In this document: piece after piece, positions 17,592 to 30,785 of the stretch
How the letters are laid out: every line of letters begins with the position of its first letter
Numbering within the stretch: position 1 is the stretch's first letter
Origin: Rikenellaceae bacterium
GTDB taxonomy: Bacteria; Bacteroidota; Bacteroidia; Bacteroidales; UBA932
Direction: 5' to 3'
NCBI GenBank assembly: GCA_900769145.1
Contig: CAAGFN010000160.1
Location: 741 to 64,740 of the forward strand
DNA: 64,000 bases
Position numbers and translations under genes: made by a program
The notes under the pieces: model-generated
Databases searched by the model: none
What the model was told of the DNA's origin: nothing
What the model saw: the letters and a program-made list of their open reading frames with translations, nothing else

Positions 17592-20500
17592 ATGAAATAC
17601 GGAAAAATAATGTCAATGTCTCTGCTGGGCCTTGTCCCGGCGGAGGCTTTCGCCGCTTCCGACGATGCCAGAAAGCCCAATGTGATTGTCATCCTGGCCG
17701 ACGACTACGGCTGGAAGGATGCCGGCTTCATGGGGAGCGACATCTACGAGACTCCTAACCTCGACAGACTCGCATCCCGAAGTGTGGTATTCACCAACGG
17801 ATATGCAGCCTGCTCAGTATCAAGCCCTTCCAGAGGCAGTATCCTCACCGGGCTATATCCGACAAGGCACGGCATAACCACCTGGATAGGCGACCCTTGC
17901 GGAGAGGACTGGAGAGTCAAGGGCAGGCATAACAGGATGCTCCCAGCACAATACGCCTGGGAACTTGACCCTTCCTTCGTAACCATCCCGGAAGTCCTGA
18001 GAGAGCAGGGCTACCGGACATTCATGGCGGGGAAATGGCATCTCGGTGACAAGGTGAATCCGGAAGACCAGGGCTTCGACATCAATGTGGGCGGCTGGGA
18101 GGCCGGCAATCCTAAAGGCGGCTATTTCTCCCCGTATGCCAACCCCGTGCTGGAAGACGGGCCTGCCGGCGAGAATCTCTCCGAAAGACTGTGCAGGGAG
18201 ACCGCACGTTTCATTGAGCAGGAGGCCGGGGAAGGACGTCCGTTCTTCGCCTATCTCTCATTCTACGCAGTCCACGGTCCCATCCAGACCACAGAGGAAC
18301 TCTGGAACAAATACCGCAAGAAAATCACCGACCTGGGGCTCAATGAAGGCGAAGGCTTCTACGTGGACCGCCTGATGCCTGTCAGAAAGTATCAGGACAA
18401 CCCTGTGTATGCAGGTCTCATTGAGCAGATGGACAGGGGCATCGGAATCGTCCTTGACAAGATTGAGGAACTCGGAATCGGTGACAATACTGTAATAATA
18501 TTCACCTCTGACAATGGAGGAGTGACCTCCGGGGACAATTTTGCCACCTCGATCCTCCCTCTCCGCGGAGGTAAGGGCCGTCAATGGGAAGGCGGCACCA
18601 GAGTTCCTTACATTATCCATACTCCCGGGATGGAACGCAGCCGGATAAGCGACACCCCGGTCAGCGGCATTGACATTTTCCCGACTGTTCTGGAAATGGC
18701 GGGAGCCGGCAGCAGGGACGTGGACGGAACCAGCCTCGTGCCTCTGCTTGAGGGCAGGACCACGAAAACACTGAAGACAAGGCCTCTCTTCTGGCATTAT
18801 CCGCATTACGGGAACCAGGGAGGAGAACCGTCATCCACCATACGCAAAGGCGACTGGAAACTGATATGGTATCACGAGGACGGACGCTACGAGCTCTACA
18901 ACCTCGCGGAGGACATTGGGGAACACAACCCGGTTCAGAATCCTGAGAAGGAGGAGGAACTCAAGGCCGGACTTCAGGCCTGGCTCAGCGAAACCAATGC
19001 CAAACTGCCGTCACAGGACCCTGAATGGACAGCCGAAATAGAGAAGGCCTATCTGGACAAGGTCATTCCTAAATCCCTTGAGAGACAGGAGGATATAAGA
19101 CACGCCATGCTGGACCCGAACTGGGCTCCGGATGCATCCTGGTGGGGTTCCAGACCGTTCTGCAATGGCTGGAAATTCATTCTTGACGACATTGCCGAAG
19201 CATCATCAAAGGACTTCGACGACAGCGGCTGGAGAACACTCAACGTGCCTCACGACTGGGCCTTCGAACAGGGGTACAGTCCGGATGCCGCACAGGAGGA
19301 CAAGGGCGGCTACGCCTGCGGAGGAACAGGCTGGTACAGAAAGCATTTCGCATTGTACGCCAATGAGATACAGGACCGCCAACTATTCGTGGACTTCGAT
19401 GGAGTCTACATGAACAGCGAGGTCTGGATCAACGGGCATTATCTAGGGAAACGGCCTTACGGCTATATCAGTTTCACATACGACATCACCCCTTACATCA
19501 AGGCCGGGGACAATGTTCTCAGCGTCAGGGTGGACAACAGCAGGGAGCCAAGCGCAAGGTGGTATCACGGCTGCGGTATCTACGGCGACGTAAGACTCCG
19601 CTACGAGAAGCCTCTTCATTTCGTAAAGGACGGCATTTACATAACAACGCCAGTTGCTGACAGTCTCAAGTCCACAGTATCAGTCACTTATGAATTGAGC
19701 CAAGTCCCGGATGCGAAAGTCAGGGCATGGATTGAAAAGGACGGAAGAAGCGTCTCGGACACATTGTCATCGACCAGTGGAAAATTGCTCTTTACGTTGG
19801 GAAAGACCTCCCTTTGGAGTCCTGAGACCCCGGTACTCTACACATTGAAAATGAGGGTTCATGACAGCGATGGCAGGGTCAGCGACTCGGAGTCCATCGA
19901 CTTCGGCATAAGAAGCATAAAATGGGTGGCAGGCAAAGGATTCTTCCTCAATGGCAGGCAGACCAAGCTCAGGGGCGTTTGCGAACATCTGGAGGGTGGA
20001 CCTGTCGGGGCAGCCTGGACAAGGGACCTCCTGGAGTGGAAACTTCGTATGCTCAAGGAGATGGGCTGCAATGCAATACGCACTGCCCATAATCCCCAGG
20101 TCCCGATGTTCTACGACATCTGCGACCGTATCGGCCTAATGGTGATGGACGAGGCATTCGACGGATGGAAGGCCAAGGCACCTCAGGATTATGGCGCACA
20201 GGCATTTGCGGAATGGTGGGAAAGAGATCTCAGGGCAATGCTGAGGCGCGACCGGAACCATCCTTGCGTAGTGGTCTGGAGTGTCGGCAATGAGACATCC
20301 GGGGACGTGGCTGGAAGCCTCGTAAAGGTTTGCCGATCTGAGGATCCTACCAGGCTGGTAACATCCGGGGATGCCGGAGCCGACCAGATGGACGTCATCG
20401 GAATCAACGGCAAGAGCGAGAGGCAGAATTTCTACAAAAACTATAAGCCGGGCCTCAGGGCATTCGTCGGGACTGAGACCCCGCACACTTGGCAGACAAG

Positions 20501-22088
20501 GGGATATTACCGTACAATGACTTGGTATAGAGACGGTTATCCAAACAAGGGACAGGACCCGTTCCTGATTCCTGACCTGACGGAGAAAGAAGTATTCGGC
20601 TATGACTGGACTTCCCCGGAGGAGAGGAGAAATGTCAAGCAGATCTTCAATTCCTCATACGACAATGCCACCGTACGTCTCACCGCAAGGCATAACCTGG
20701 CATTCCTCCGTAACCTCGACTGGTACTCCGGCCACTTCCGCTGGACAGGATTCGACTACCCTGGCGAGGCAGGATATGTACACGGAGGATGGCCTTTCAG
20801 GACATTCCAGGGCGGAGTCATTGACCTGGCAGGATTCAAGAAAGACCATTTCTACCTATACCAGAGCCAGTGGCGGGAAGACATTGATATGGTCCACATT
20901 CTACCACATTGGACCCATCCTGACATTGCCGAAGGCACCATCATACCTGTCTGGGTCTATACCACGGGAGACGAGGCGGAACTTCTGCTGAACGGCAGAA
21001 GCCTCGGGCGTGTGAAGAAGGGCCTTGACTGGGACAAGATGCAATGCGGCTGGGATGTCCCATGGACCCCTGGAAAACTCACTGCCATAGCCTATCGGAA
21101 CGGCATGGAGATATGCAGGGAAAGCATTTCCACAGCCGGGGCGCCGGCCACGTTCTCGGTGAAGAAAGAGGGAAACATTGAGAATGGAAACGCCATCCTG
21201 ACATTCACCCAGAAGGACAAGGGGGGCAACATTTTCCCGTACGGGGACAACCGGCTCTTCCTGTCCCTGACGAATGCCACGGTGCAGTCATTCGAGAACG
21301 GCAATCCGGTCGATACGGAATGTCGCTGGCAGGCTCCTTCACTGAGATGCTTCTTCGGTATGTCCAGGGCATTCATCCGCAGAAACGAGAGCGTCGGCAA
21401 TGTGGTGGCTCTAGCCGGAATGATCTGCGGGGACAGGTCCTGCAAGGTCTCCGACGAGGCATCCATCGTTATCCATGAGATAACTTTGAAGGGCAAGAAT
21501 GCAAGGCATCAGTTCGAGGTCAGATATACTCTGGACGGCAGCGAGCCGGGAAGGGAATCGGCCTTGTACACGGGTCCTTTCCGCATTGCTCCGGGAATGA
21601 AGGTAAGGGCTAAGGTCTGGTGCAACGGCAATGAGGTCCTGTCAATGGAGGAGGACTTCGGAAACGGCATCTTCTGGGGTGTTCCGGGTGCCGCCCCATG
21701 CAAGGATGAAGGGTCCCAGGCTGAATACATGGATTTGTCAGGTGCGGTAGTACGCAACACCTCCGGCCTCGATGTCTATGGAGGAGGCTATGTGCTCTTC
21801 AAGGAGAAGGGCGGTTCGATTTCCTGGTACCAGGAGAATGACGGGGCGGCGTACGACTCTGTCCTGAAAATAAGATATTCACAGGGCAGGACAGCCACCG
21901 GAGTCACCAGGGCAGAACTGACTAACAATGGAGCCTCAGTGTGCATTATCGATTTCAAGGATACCGGAAGCGAGAACAGCGACTGGACAGAACTGGAAGT
22001 CCCGGTCACATTGATTTCCGGAGCCAATAATCTGAGAATCAAGATATTGGACAAGAGCGGTCCGTCCATTGACAGCATCAGTCTCTGA
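17592..22088 (+). CDS. Multidomain enzyme in one ORF: N-terminal Ser-type sulfatase, GH2 glycoside hydrolase, and a C-terminal beta-sandwich (CBM-like)
   Basis: Single uninterrupted 1498-aa ORF. Signal peptide is followed by a sulfatase domain (SSPSRGSILTGLYPTRHG; PLRGGKG). From about aa 500 a GH2 module follows (NGWKFILDD...WRTLNVPHDWA...WINGHYLG...SVGNETSG), then a putative CBM. The start lies 3 nt after the upstream sulfatase stop. Confidence 0.8.
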   Translation: MKYGKIMSMSLLGLVPAEAFAASDDARKPNVIVILADDYGWKDAGFMGSDIYETPNLDRLASRSVVFTNGYAACSVSSPSRGSILTGLYPTRHGITTWIGDPCGEDWRVKGRHNRMLPAQYAWELDPSFVTIPEVLREQGYRTFMAGKWHLGDKVNPEDQGFDINVGGWEAGNPKGGYFSPYANPVLEDGPAGENLSERLCRETARFIEQEAGEGRPFFAYLSFYAVHGPIQTTEELWNKYRKKITDLGLNEGEGFYVDRLMPVRKYQDNPVYAGLIEQMDRGIGIVLDKIEELGIGDNTVIIFTSDNGGVTSGDNFATSILPLRGGKGRQWEGGTRVPYIIHTPGMERSRISDTPVSGIDIFPTVLEMAGAGSRDVDGTSLVPLLEGRTTKTLKTRPLFWHYPHYGNQGGEPSSTIRKGDWKLIWYHEDGRYELYNLAEDIGEHNPVQNPEKEEELKAGLQAWLSETNAKLPSQDPEWTAEIEKAYLDKVIPKSLERQEDIRHAMLDPNWAPDASWWGSRPFCNGWKFILDDIAEASSKDFDDSGWRTLNVPHDWAFEQGYSPDAAQEDKGGYACGGTGWYRKHFALYANEIQDRQLFVDFDGVYMNSEVWINGHYLGKRPYGYISFTYDITPYIKAGDNVLSVRVDNSREPSARWYHGCGIYGDVRLRYEKPLHFVKDGIYITTPVADSLKSTVSVTYELSQVPDAKVRAWIEKDGRSVSDTLSSTSGKLLFTLGKTSLWSPETPVLYTLKMRVHDSDGRVSDSESIDFGIRSIKWVAGKGFFLNGRQTKLRGVCEHLEGGPVGAAWTRDLLEWKLRMLKEMGCNAIRTAHNPQVPMFYDICDRIGLMVMDEAFDGWKAKAPQDYGAQAFAEWWERDLRAMLRRDRNHPCVVVWSVGNETSGDVAGSLVKVCRSEDPTRLVTSGDAGADQMDVIGINGKSERQNFYKNYKPGLRAFVGTETPHTWQTRGYYRTMTWYRDGYPNKGQDPFLIPDLTEKEVFGYDWTSPEERRNVKQIFNSSYDNATVRLTARHNLAFLRNLDWYSGHFRWTGFDYPGEAGYVHGGWPFRTFQGGVIDLAGFKKDHFYLYQSQWREDIDMVHILPHWTHPDIAEGTIIPVWVYTTGDEAELLLNGRSLGRVKKGLDWDKMQCGWDVPWTPGKLTAIAYRNGMEICRESISTAGAPATFSVKKEGNIENGNAILTFTQKDKGGNIFPYGDNRLFLSLTNATVQSFENGNPVDTECRWQAPSLRCFFGMSRAFIRRNESVGNVVALAGMICGDRSCKVSDEASIVIHEITLKGKNARHQFEVRYTLDGSEPGRESALYTGPFRIAPGMKVRAKVWCNGNEVLSMEEDFGNGIFWGVPGAAPCKDEGSQAEYMDLSGAVVRNTSGLDVYGGGYVLFKEKGGSISWYQENDGAAYDSVLKIRYSQGRTATGVTRAELTNNGASVCIIDFKDTGSENSDWTELEVPVTLISGANNLRIKILDKSGPSIDSISL

Positions 22089-22103
22089 GAATAAGTTTAT
22101 AAA

Positions 22104-22148
22104 ATGTTGCCCCAAAGTTGGTGTATTTCCGCAACTTTGGGGCAACAT
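22104..22148. terminator. Bidirectional rho-independent terminator with a perfect 17-bp stem
   Basis: atgttgccccaaagttg at 22104..22120, loop gtgtatttccg, then caactttggggcaacat at 22132..22148. It is flanked by T/A-rich runs and lies between convergent genes. Confidence 0.7.
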
Positions 22149-22170
22149 TTATGCTGGACGGGGGCCTTTT

Positions 22171-23556
22171 CTACCAAGTGAACTCAGTGCTCTCCGTGTG
22201 GCATTCCGTGGCGAGACGGCGCAGACGGTCAGCCTTGGCCGGATACTTCCCGATCAGATCATTCTCCTCGGCAGGGTCATCATTGAGGTTGTAGAGTTCC
22301 TCCTTCAGTTCTTCCGGATTGGACATATTCAGACGCACCAGTTTCCAGCCGTCTTTCAGAACCGACTGCTTGCCGCCTTTCTCATAGAACTCGTAGTAGA
22401 TGTGATCGTGCTGCCTCTGGCGGCCTTTTCCTGTCAATGTCGGCAGATATGAGATGCCGTCAATGCCTTCAGGCTTCTCCGCCCCTACGATATCGCAGAC
22501 GGTCGGCAGGAAATCCCAGAATGCGGAAATGTGGTCTGTGACGCAGCCAGAATGGATTTTCTCCGGCCAGGAGACGATGAACGGCGCCCTGACACCGCCC
22601 TCGTAGAGATCTCTCTTGTAGCCGCGGAACGGTCCGTTGCTGTCGAAGAAGTCCGGGTCGTGGCCGCCGACCATGTGAACACCGTTGTCGGATGAGACGA
22701 TTAGAATCGTGTTCTCCCAGATGCCCAGTTCCTTGAGAAGTCCGATTACCTGGCCGACATTGCGGTCAAACTCGCTGACCATCGAGGCGTAGGCAGCCTT
22801 GGGCTTAGGCTGGGACATATAACCCTTGCCGTCCTTGCTCTTGTTGATGTACGGGGTCTCAGGGAAGGCCTCCTCATAATCCCTGAAATCCGGATAATCC
22901 AGGTCGGCGTGCGGAGTCGTCACGGCAAAATACGTGAAGAACGGCCGGCCGGCATTGTCCCGGATGAACTGCAGGCCCTTCTCCATTATGGCGAAATGAC
23001 TGTACACCTCTCCGTTAAGCATATCCTTGCTCTCATTCTCATAGAGATACTCAGGATAATACCTGTGCGCAGCCCCCTGCGAGAGATATCCGTAGAAATA
23101 ATCGTATCCCTGATTCACCGGACTGCCCTCGGTACCAGGCCCGCCCAATCCCCATTTGCCGACGCAGGCGGTGGCATAGCCCTGGGACTTAAGTATCTCG
23201 GCAACAGTTACTTCCGAACCCGGAAGATGAATATCGAATCCGCCCTGCGGGGTCTTCTCGCCCTTGTTCCCGCGCACGAAGGCGTGTCCGGTATGCTTAC
23301 CTGTCATCAGACAGCAACGTGACGGAGCGCTGACGGTCGAGCCGGAATAATGATGGGTGAACAACATCGACTCCCCCGCCAGAGCATCAATGTTCGGAGT
23401 CTGAATCAGTTTCTGCCCATAGCAGCCGACATCGCCGATTCCCATGTCGTCAGCGAGCATAAATACGATATTCGGTTTCTGCGGTGTCTCCGCCGGAGCG
23501 GTTCCGCAAGCGGTCGCCAGCAACGCCGGGACCATCAGCAGTTTGTCATTTTTCAT
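22171..23556 (-). CDS. Ser-type sulfatase, paralog of 16167..17588
   Basis: 461 aa with lipobox LATACG. Carries the STVSAPSRCCLMTGKHTGH signature and is highly similar to the first sulfatase. Confidence 0.9.
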   Translation of the reverse strand: MKNDKLLMVPALLATACGTAPAETPQKPNIVFMLADDMGIGDVGCYGQKLIQTPNIDALAGESMLFTHHYSGSTVSAPSRCCLMTGKHTGHAFVRGNKGEKTPQGGFDIHLPGSEVTVAEILKSQGYATACVGKWGLGGPGTEGSPVNQGYDYFYGYLSQGAAHRYYPEYLYENESKDMLNGEVYSHFAIMEKGLQFIRDNAGRPFFTYFAVTTPHADLDYPDFRDYEEAFPETPYINKSKDGKGYMSQPKPKAAYASMVSEFDRNVGQVIGLLKELGIWENTILIVSSDNGVHMVGGHDPDFFDSNGPFRGYKRDLYEGGVRAPFIVSWPEKIHSGCVTDHISAFWDFLPTVCDIVGAEKPEGIDGISYLPTLTGKGRQRQHDHIYYEFYEKGGKQSVLKDGWKLVRLNMSNPEELKEELYNLNDDPAEENDLIGKYPAKADRLRRLATECHTESTEFTW

Positions 23557-23640
23557 AGCAACTCATTTCCAGATTACCTGATGCAAAATTAACTCAAAAG
23601 CGTGACCTCCGAGGTTACAATTCATTCATTTTACGTATAG

Positions 23641-27764
<4,124 letters not shown>

Positions 27765-27938
27765 CAGTCATACCCGCTTACAAAACTGATAATACGCAAT
27801 TCGTACATGTGGTCTTGGTTCTGTGGGATCTTGATTTGGCGCTGTCACGTGGCCGGCGACATTCAGGGGCTCGAACACGACACGCTGTAGAAAGTCACAA
27901 AGCCGGCGGAGCGAAACTTGGGCGGAGCTTGCGAACAA

Positions 27939-28730
27939 CTATAGTTTCCTGACGAAATTCAGGAGGATGTTGAAAGCCGGGTCGGCCATTGAGCCGTGGT
28001 CGTGGCCGCCCAGCTCGTAGATGTTCGTGGTGGTGCTGCCGACCAGCTTCATCATGCGCCAGAGATAGGCATTCTCCTCGTAGCGGCCGAACAGTTCAAG
28101 CTCACGGTCGCCGACAATGAGTTCCATCGGAGGGCAATCCTTGCGTACCCAGTACAATGGGGCGTATTCGTCAATGGTAGGCTGGAGATTGCCTATGCCA
28201 TTCATCTCACGGTAGGAGAAATGGCTGATGGCCTGGCCGCTGAATGGGACGTAGCCGGCAATGTCGTCGGCATCGACACCGTAATTGGCTAGCCACTTCT
28301 TGTCCAGGGCCAGCATCATTGAAAGATAACCGCCGGCAGAATGCCCTGAGACGACTATTTTGCCGGGATCTCCGCCGTAGCGAGCAATATTGTTCCGCAC
28401 CCAGGCAACGGCCTCGGCGGCATCGTCAATGGTCTTGTCAATGGTAACTTTCGGGAGCAGCCTGTAGTTCACTCCCACGACGACAATGCCCTTTTCCTTC
28501 AGTTTCCAGGGAATCTCCTTCTTCCCCTGGACAAGTCCACCGCCATGAAACCAAACGACCACTGGAGCGTCCTCTGTTCCCTTGGGATAATATACATCAA
28601 GCTTGAGTCTTTCCGTCGAGTAGTCATCTGTCTTGGCGGTGTAACTTATGTCCTGGTCGGTCTTGTAGGTCTGCGCCCAGGCGGTCTGGACAGCGAGGAG
28701 GACCAGAAGAAATGAGAGAAACTTTTTCAT
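27939..28730 (-). CDS. Alpha/beta-hydrolase esterase (second copy)
   Basis: 263 aa with signal peptide. Motifs VWFHGGG and GHSAGG are present. Confidence 0.8.
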   Translation of the reverse strand: MKKFLSFLLVLLAVQTAWAQTYKTDQDISYTAKTDDYSTERLKLDVYYPKGTEDAPVVVWFHGGGLVQGKKEIPWKLKEKGIVVVGVNYRLLPKVTIDKTIDDAAEAVAWVRNNIARYGGDPGKIVVSGHSAGGYLSMMLALDKKWLANYGVDADDIAGYVPFSGQAISHFSYREMNGIGNLQPTIDEYAPLYWVRKDCPPMELIVGDRELELFGRYEENAYLWRMMKLVGSTTTNIYELGGHDHGSMADPAFNILLNFVRKL

Positions 28731-28752
28731 TGTTCTAGTGTTTATGTTAGGC

Positions 28753-30744
28753 CTACCTGGTAATCTTGGCCACCCAGCCGCCGCCAGGGGCCATCTTTAC
28801 GCTTACCTTGCCGTCGGCAGGGACCGGAACAATCTCGTGGGCGAAATCGCGGGCGGCCTTGTCGGCATTGGCACCGTCACGGAAAATCTCCATTGTCCAG
28901 CGGCCTTCGCCGAGGAAACCCAGGTCCAGAGTCAGTTCTCGGGCATCCCAGCCGGTCAGGGAACCGACATACCAGGTGTCACCGCTGCGGCGGGCAATGG
29001 AAATGTACTTGCCAATCTCGCCGTTCAGGCCCACAGACTCGTCCCAGACAACCGGAATCTCGGCAATGAAACGGGTGCAAAGAGGCTCGGCCAGATAGTT
29101 GGACGGAGAATCGCAGAGCATATTGAGAGGCGACTCGAAAATCACGTACTCGGCCAGCTGGCGGCAACGTGTACCCTGGCTCATCGGCTCATTGTTAACC
29201 GGAGTATAATTGCCCTTGGTGGCATTGCGCATTGCCCCCTGGGTATAGTCCATCGGGCCGGCGGCCATCCTGATGAACGGAACGGTCACATCGTAGGTAA
29301 CCTGGTCGGCCTTGCTCCACTTCATCTGCTCAAGACCATGGACACCCTCAAAATTGACTACATTCGGATAAGTCCTGGTCAGGCCGGCCGGCTTGAAGGC
29401 ACCGTGGAAATCCAGCATCATCCCGTACTTCGCAGCCACACGGGCGGCCTCCTCGCAGAAGTCCACCATCTGCTGGTCATCCCTGTCGAGGAAATCCACC
29501 TTGAAGCCCTTGAAGCCCATCTCGGAATAATGACGGCAGACATTCTCAATATCACGTGCAAATGCCTGGTAACCAGCCCAGAGAATCAGACCCACGCCCC
29601 TTTCGCGGGCATAGTCGGAGAGCATTTTCAGGTCAATCTCCGGAACCACCTGCATAAGGTCAGCCTGGAGGTTCACGGCCCAGCCCTCATCGAGAATCAC
29701 ATACTCGATGCCCTGGGCGGCTGCAAAGTCAATGTAATACTTGTATGTATCGTTGTTCACGCCGGTCTTGAAGTCAACCCCGTAGAGATTCCAGTCATTC
29801 CACCAGTCCCAGGCCACCTTGCCGGGACGCACCCAGCTGTAGTCGGATCCGTCGTCCGGAGTCGCCAGCTTCCATACCATATCATTGACAGCCAGGTCAA
29901 TGTCATTGTCCACCACCATCACGATACGCCAAGGGAATGATTTTCCGGCCTCGGCAGTGGCAATGTAATCCTCACGGGACCTGACAAGCATCTGGAGATT
30001 GTTATGTCCGCCCTGCTGGGTCTCGCGCGGATATGCGGCGAAACGGGCGGTCAGCCTCGTGGAAGCATCCCCATTGTAGAGATACATTCCCGGATAGCCC
30101 AGAAGGTCGGACTCCATCACCAGCACCTTGCGGCCATTGTCAGCGGACAGGGCCACAGGGAGGAATGCCATCCTGCCCTTGTTCCAGTCGGATACCGGAA
30201 TAACCTCGTAAGTATTCTCGAAGGAATTGAAGAACTGGGCCTCAAAATTGCCCTCATTCTTCTTCACGTATGGCACAAATGCCTGATAGTCACCGGCCAT
30301 CACGAACTCAGCCTGCTCCGACACCACGTAAGAGTCAGTCTTGAGAGCATTGCGGAAACGGTAGGCTACACCCTCATTGTAAGCCCTGAAAATGAGGGAG
30401 AACTCCTTGAAGACGAGCTCCATCTCATTGTAGTTGTCACGCACCTCGGCACTCTTGTACACAACCGGATGAAGGACCTCGTCCACCGAACGCCTGATGA
30501 CCTTGCGGACCTTGTCATTGAGACCGAAGACAATGTCACCGGTAAGGTTCATCGAGATGGCCGACGGAGCTAGAATCTCGTCTCCGGCCTTGCGTACGGA
30601 ATAAGTAATCCCCTCCCCGACCACGACATTGGCCTTGAGGCTGCCGTCCGGAGATGCAACCTGATAGTTCACATCGGCTGCGGAGACAACTGTCCCTGCT
30701 GCTGCCAAAGCTATTAATGAAATTGCTAATGATTTGATAGTCAT
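28753..30744 (-). CDS. GH97 family glycoside hydrolase (alpha-glucosidase / alpha-galactosidase)
   Basis: 663 aa with signal peptide. GH97-typical stretches are present (IDFAAAQGIEYVILDEGW; FKVDFLDRDDQ). Confidence 0.85.
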   Translation of the reverse strand: MTIKSLAISLIALAAAGTVVSAADVNYQVASPDGSLKANVVVGEGITYSVRKAGDEILAPSAISMNLTGDIVFGLNDKVRKVIRRSVDEVLHPVVYKSAEVRDNYNEMELVFKEFSLIFRAYNEGVAYRFRNALKTDSYVVSEQAEFVMAGDYQAFVPYVKKNEGNFEAQFFNSFENTYEVIPVSDWNKGRMAFLPVALSADNGRKVLVMESDLLGYPGMYLYNGDASTRLTARFAAYPRETQQGGHNNLQMLVRSREDYIATAEAGKSFPWRIVMVVDNDIDLAVNDMVWKLATPDDGSDYSWVRPGKVAWDWWNDWNLYGVDFKTGVNNDTYKYYIDFAAAQGIEYVILDEGWAVNLQADLMQVVPEIDLKMLSDYARERGVGLILWAGYQAFARDIENVCRHYSEMGFKGFKVDFLDRDDQQMVDFCEEAARVAAKYGMMLDFHGAFKPAGLTRTYPNVVNFEGVHGLEQMKWSKADQVTYDVTVPFIRMAAGPMDYTQGAMRNATKGNYTPVNNEPMSQGTRCRQLAEYVIFESPLNMLCDSPSNYLAEPLCTRFIAEIPVVWDESVGLNGEIGKYISIARRSGDTWYVGSLTGWDARELTLDLGFLGEGRWTMEIFRDGANADKAARDFAHEIVPVPADGKVSVKMAPGGGWVAKITR

Positions 30745-30785
30745 ATCGTTATTGTTTTAGTTCCAACATAATCCAAGGGACACTT

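Noticed and set aside
27765-27938. 174-bp convergent intergenic region with repeated words (gccggcg, gctgt, gtcac) and a gccggc palindrome
   Set aside because: No convincing hairpin plus T-tract, no tRNA-like sequence, and no similarity to the repeat family. Judged to be unstructured spacer. Terminators may be weak or absent here.
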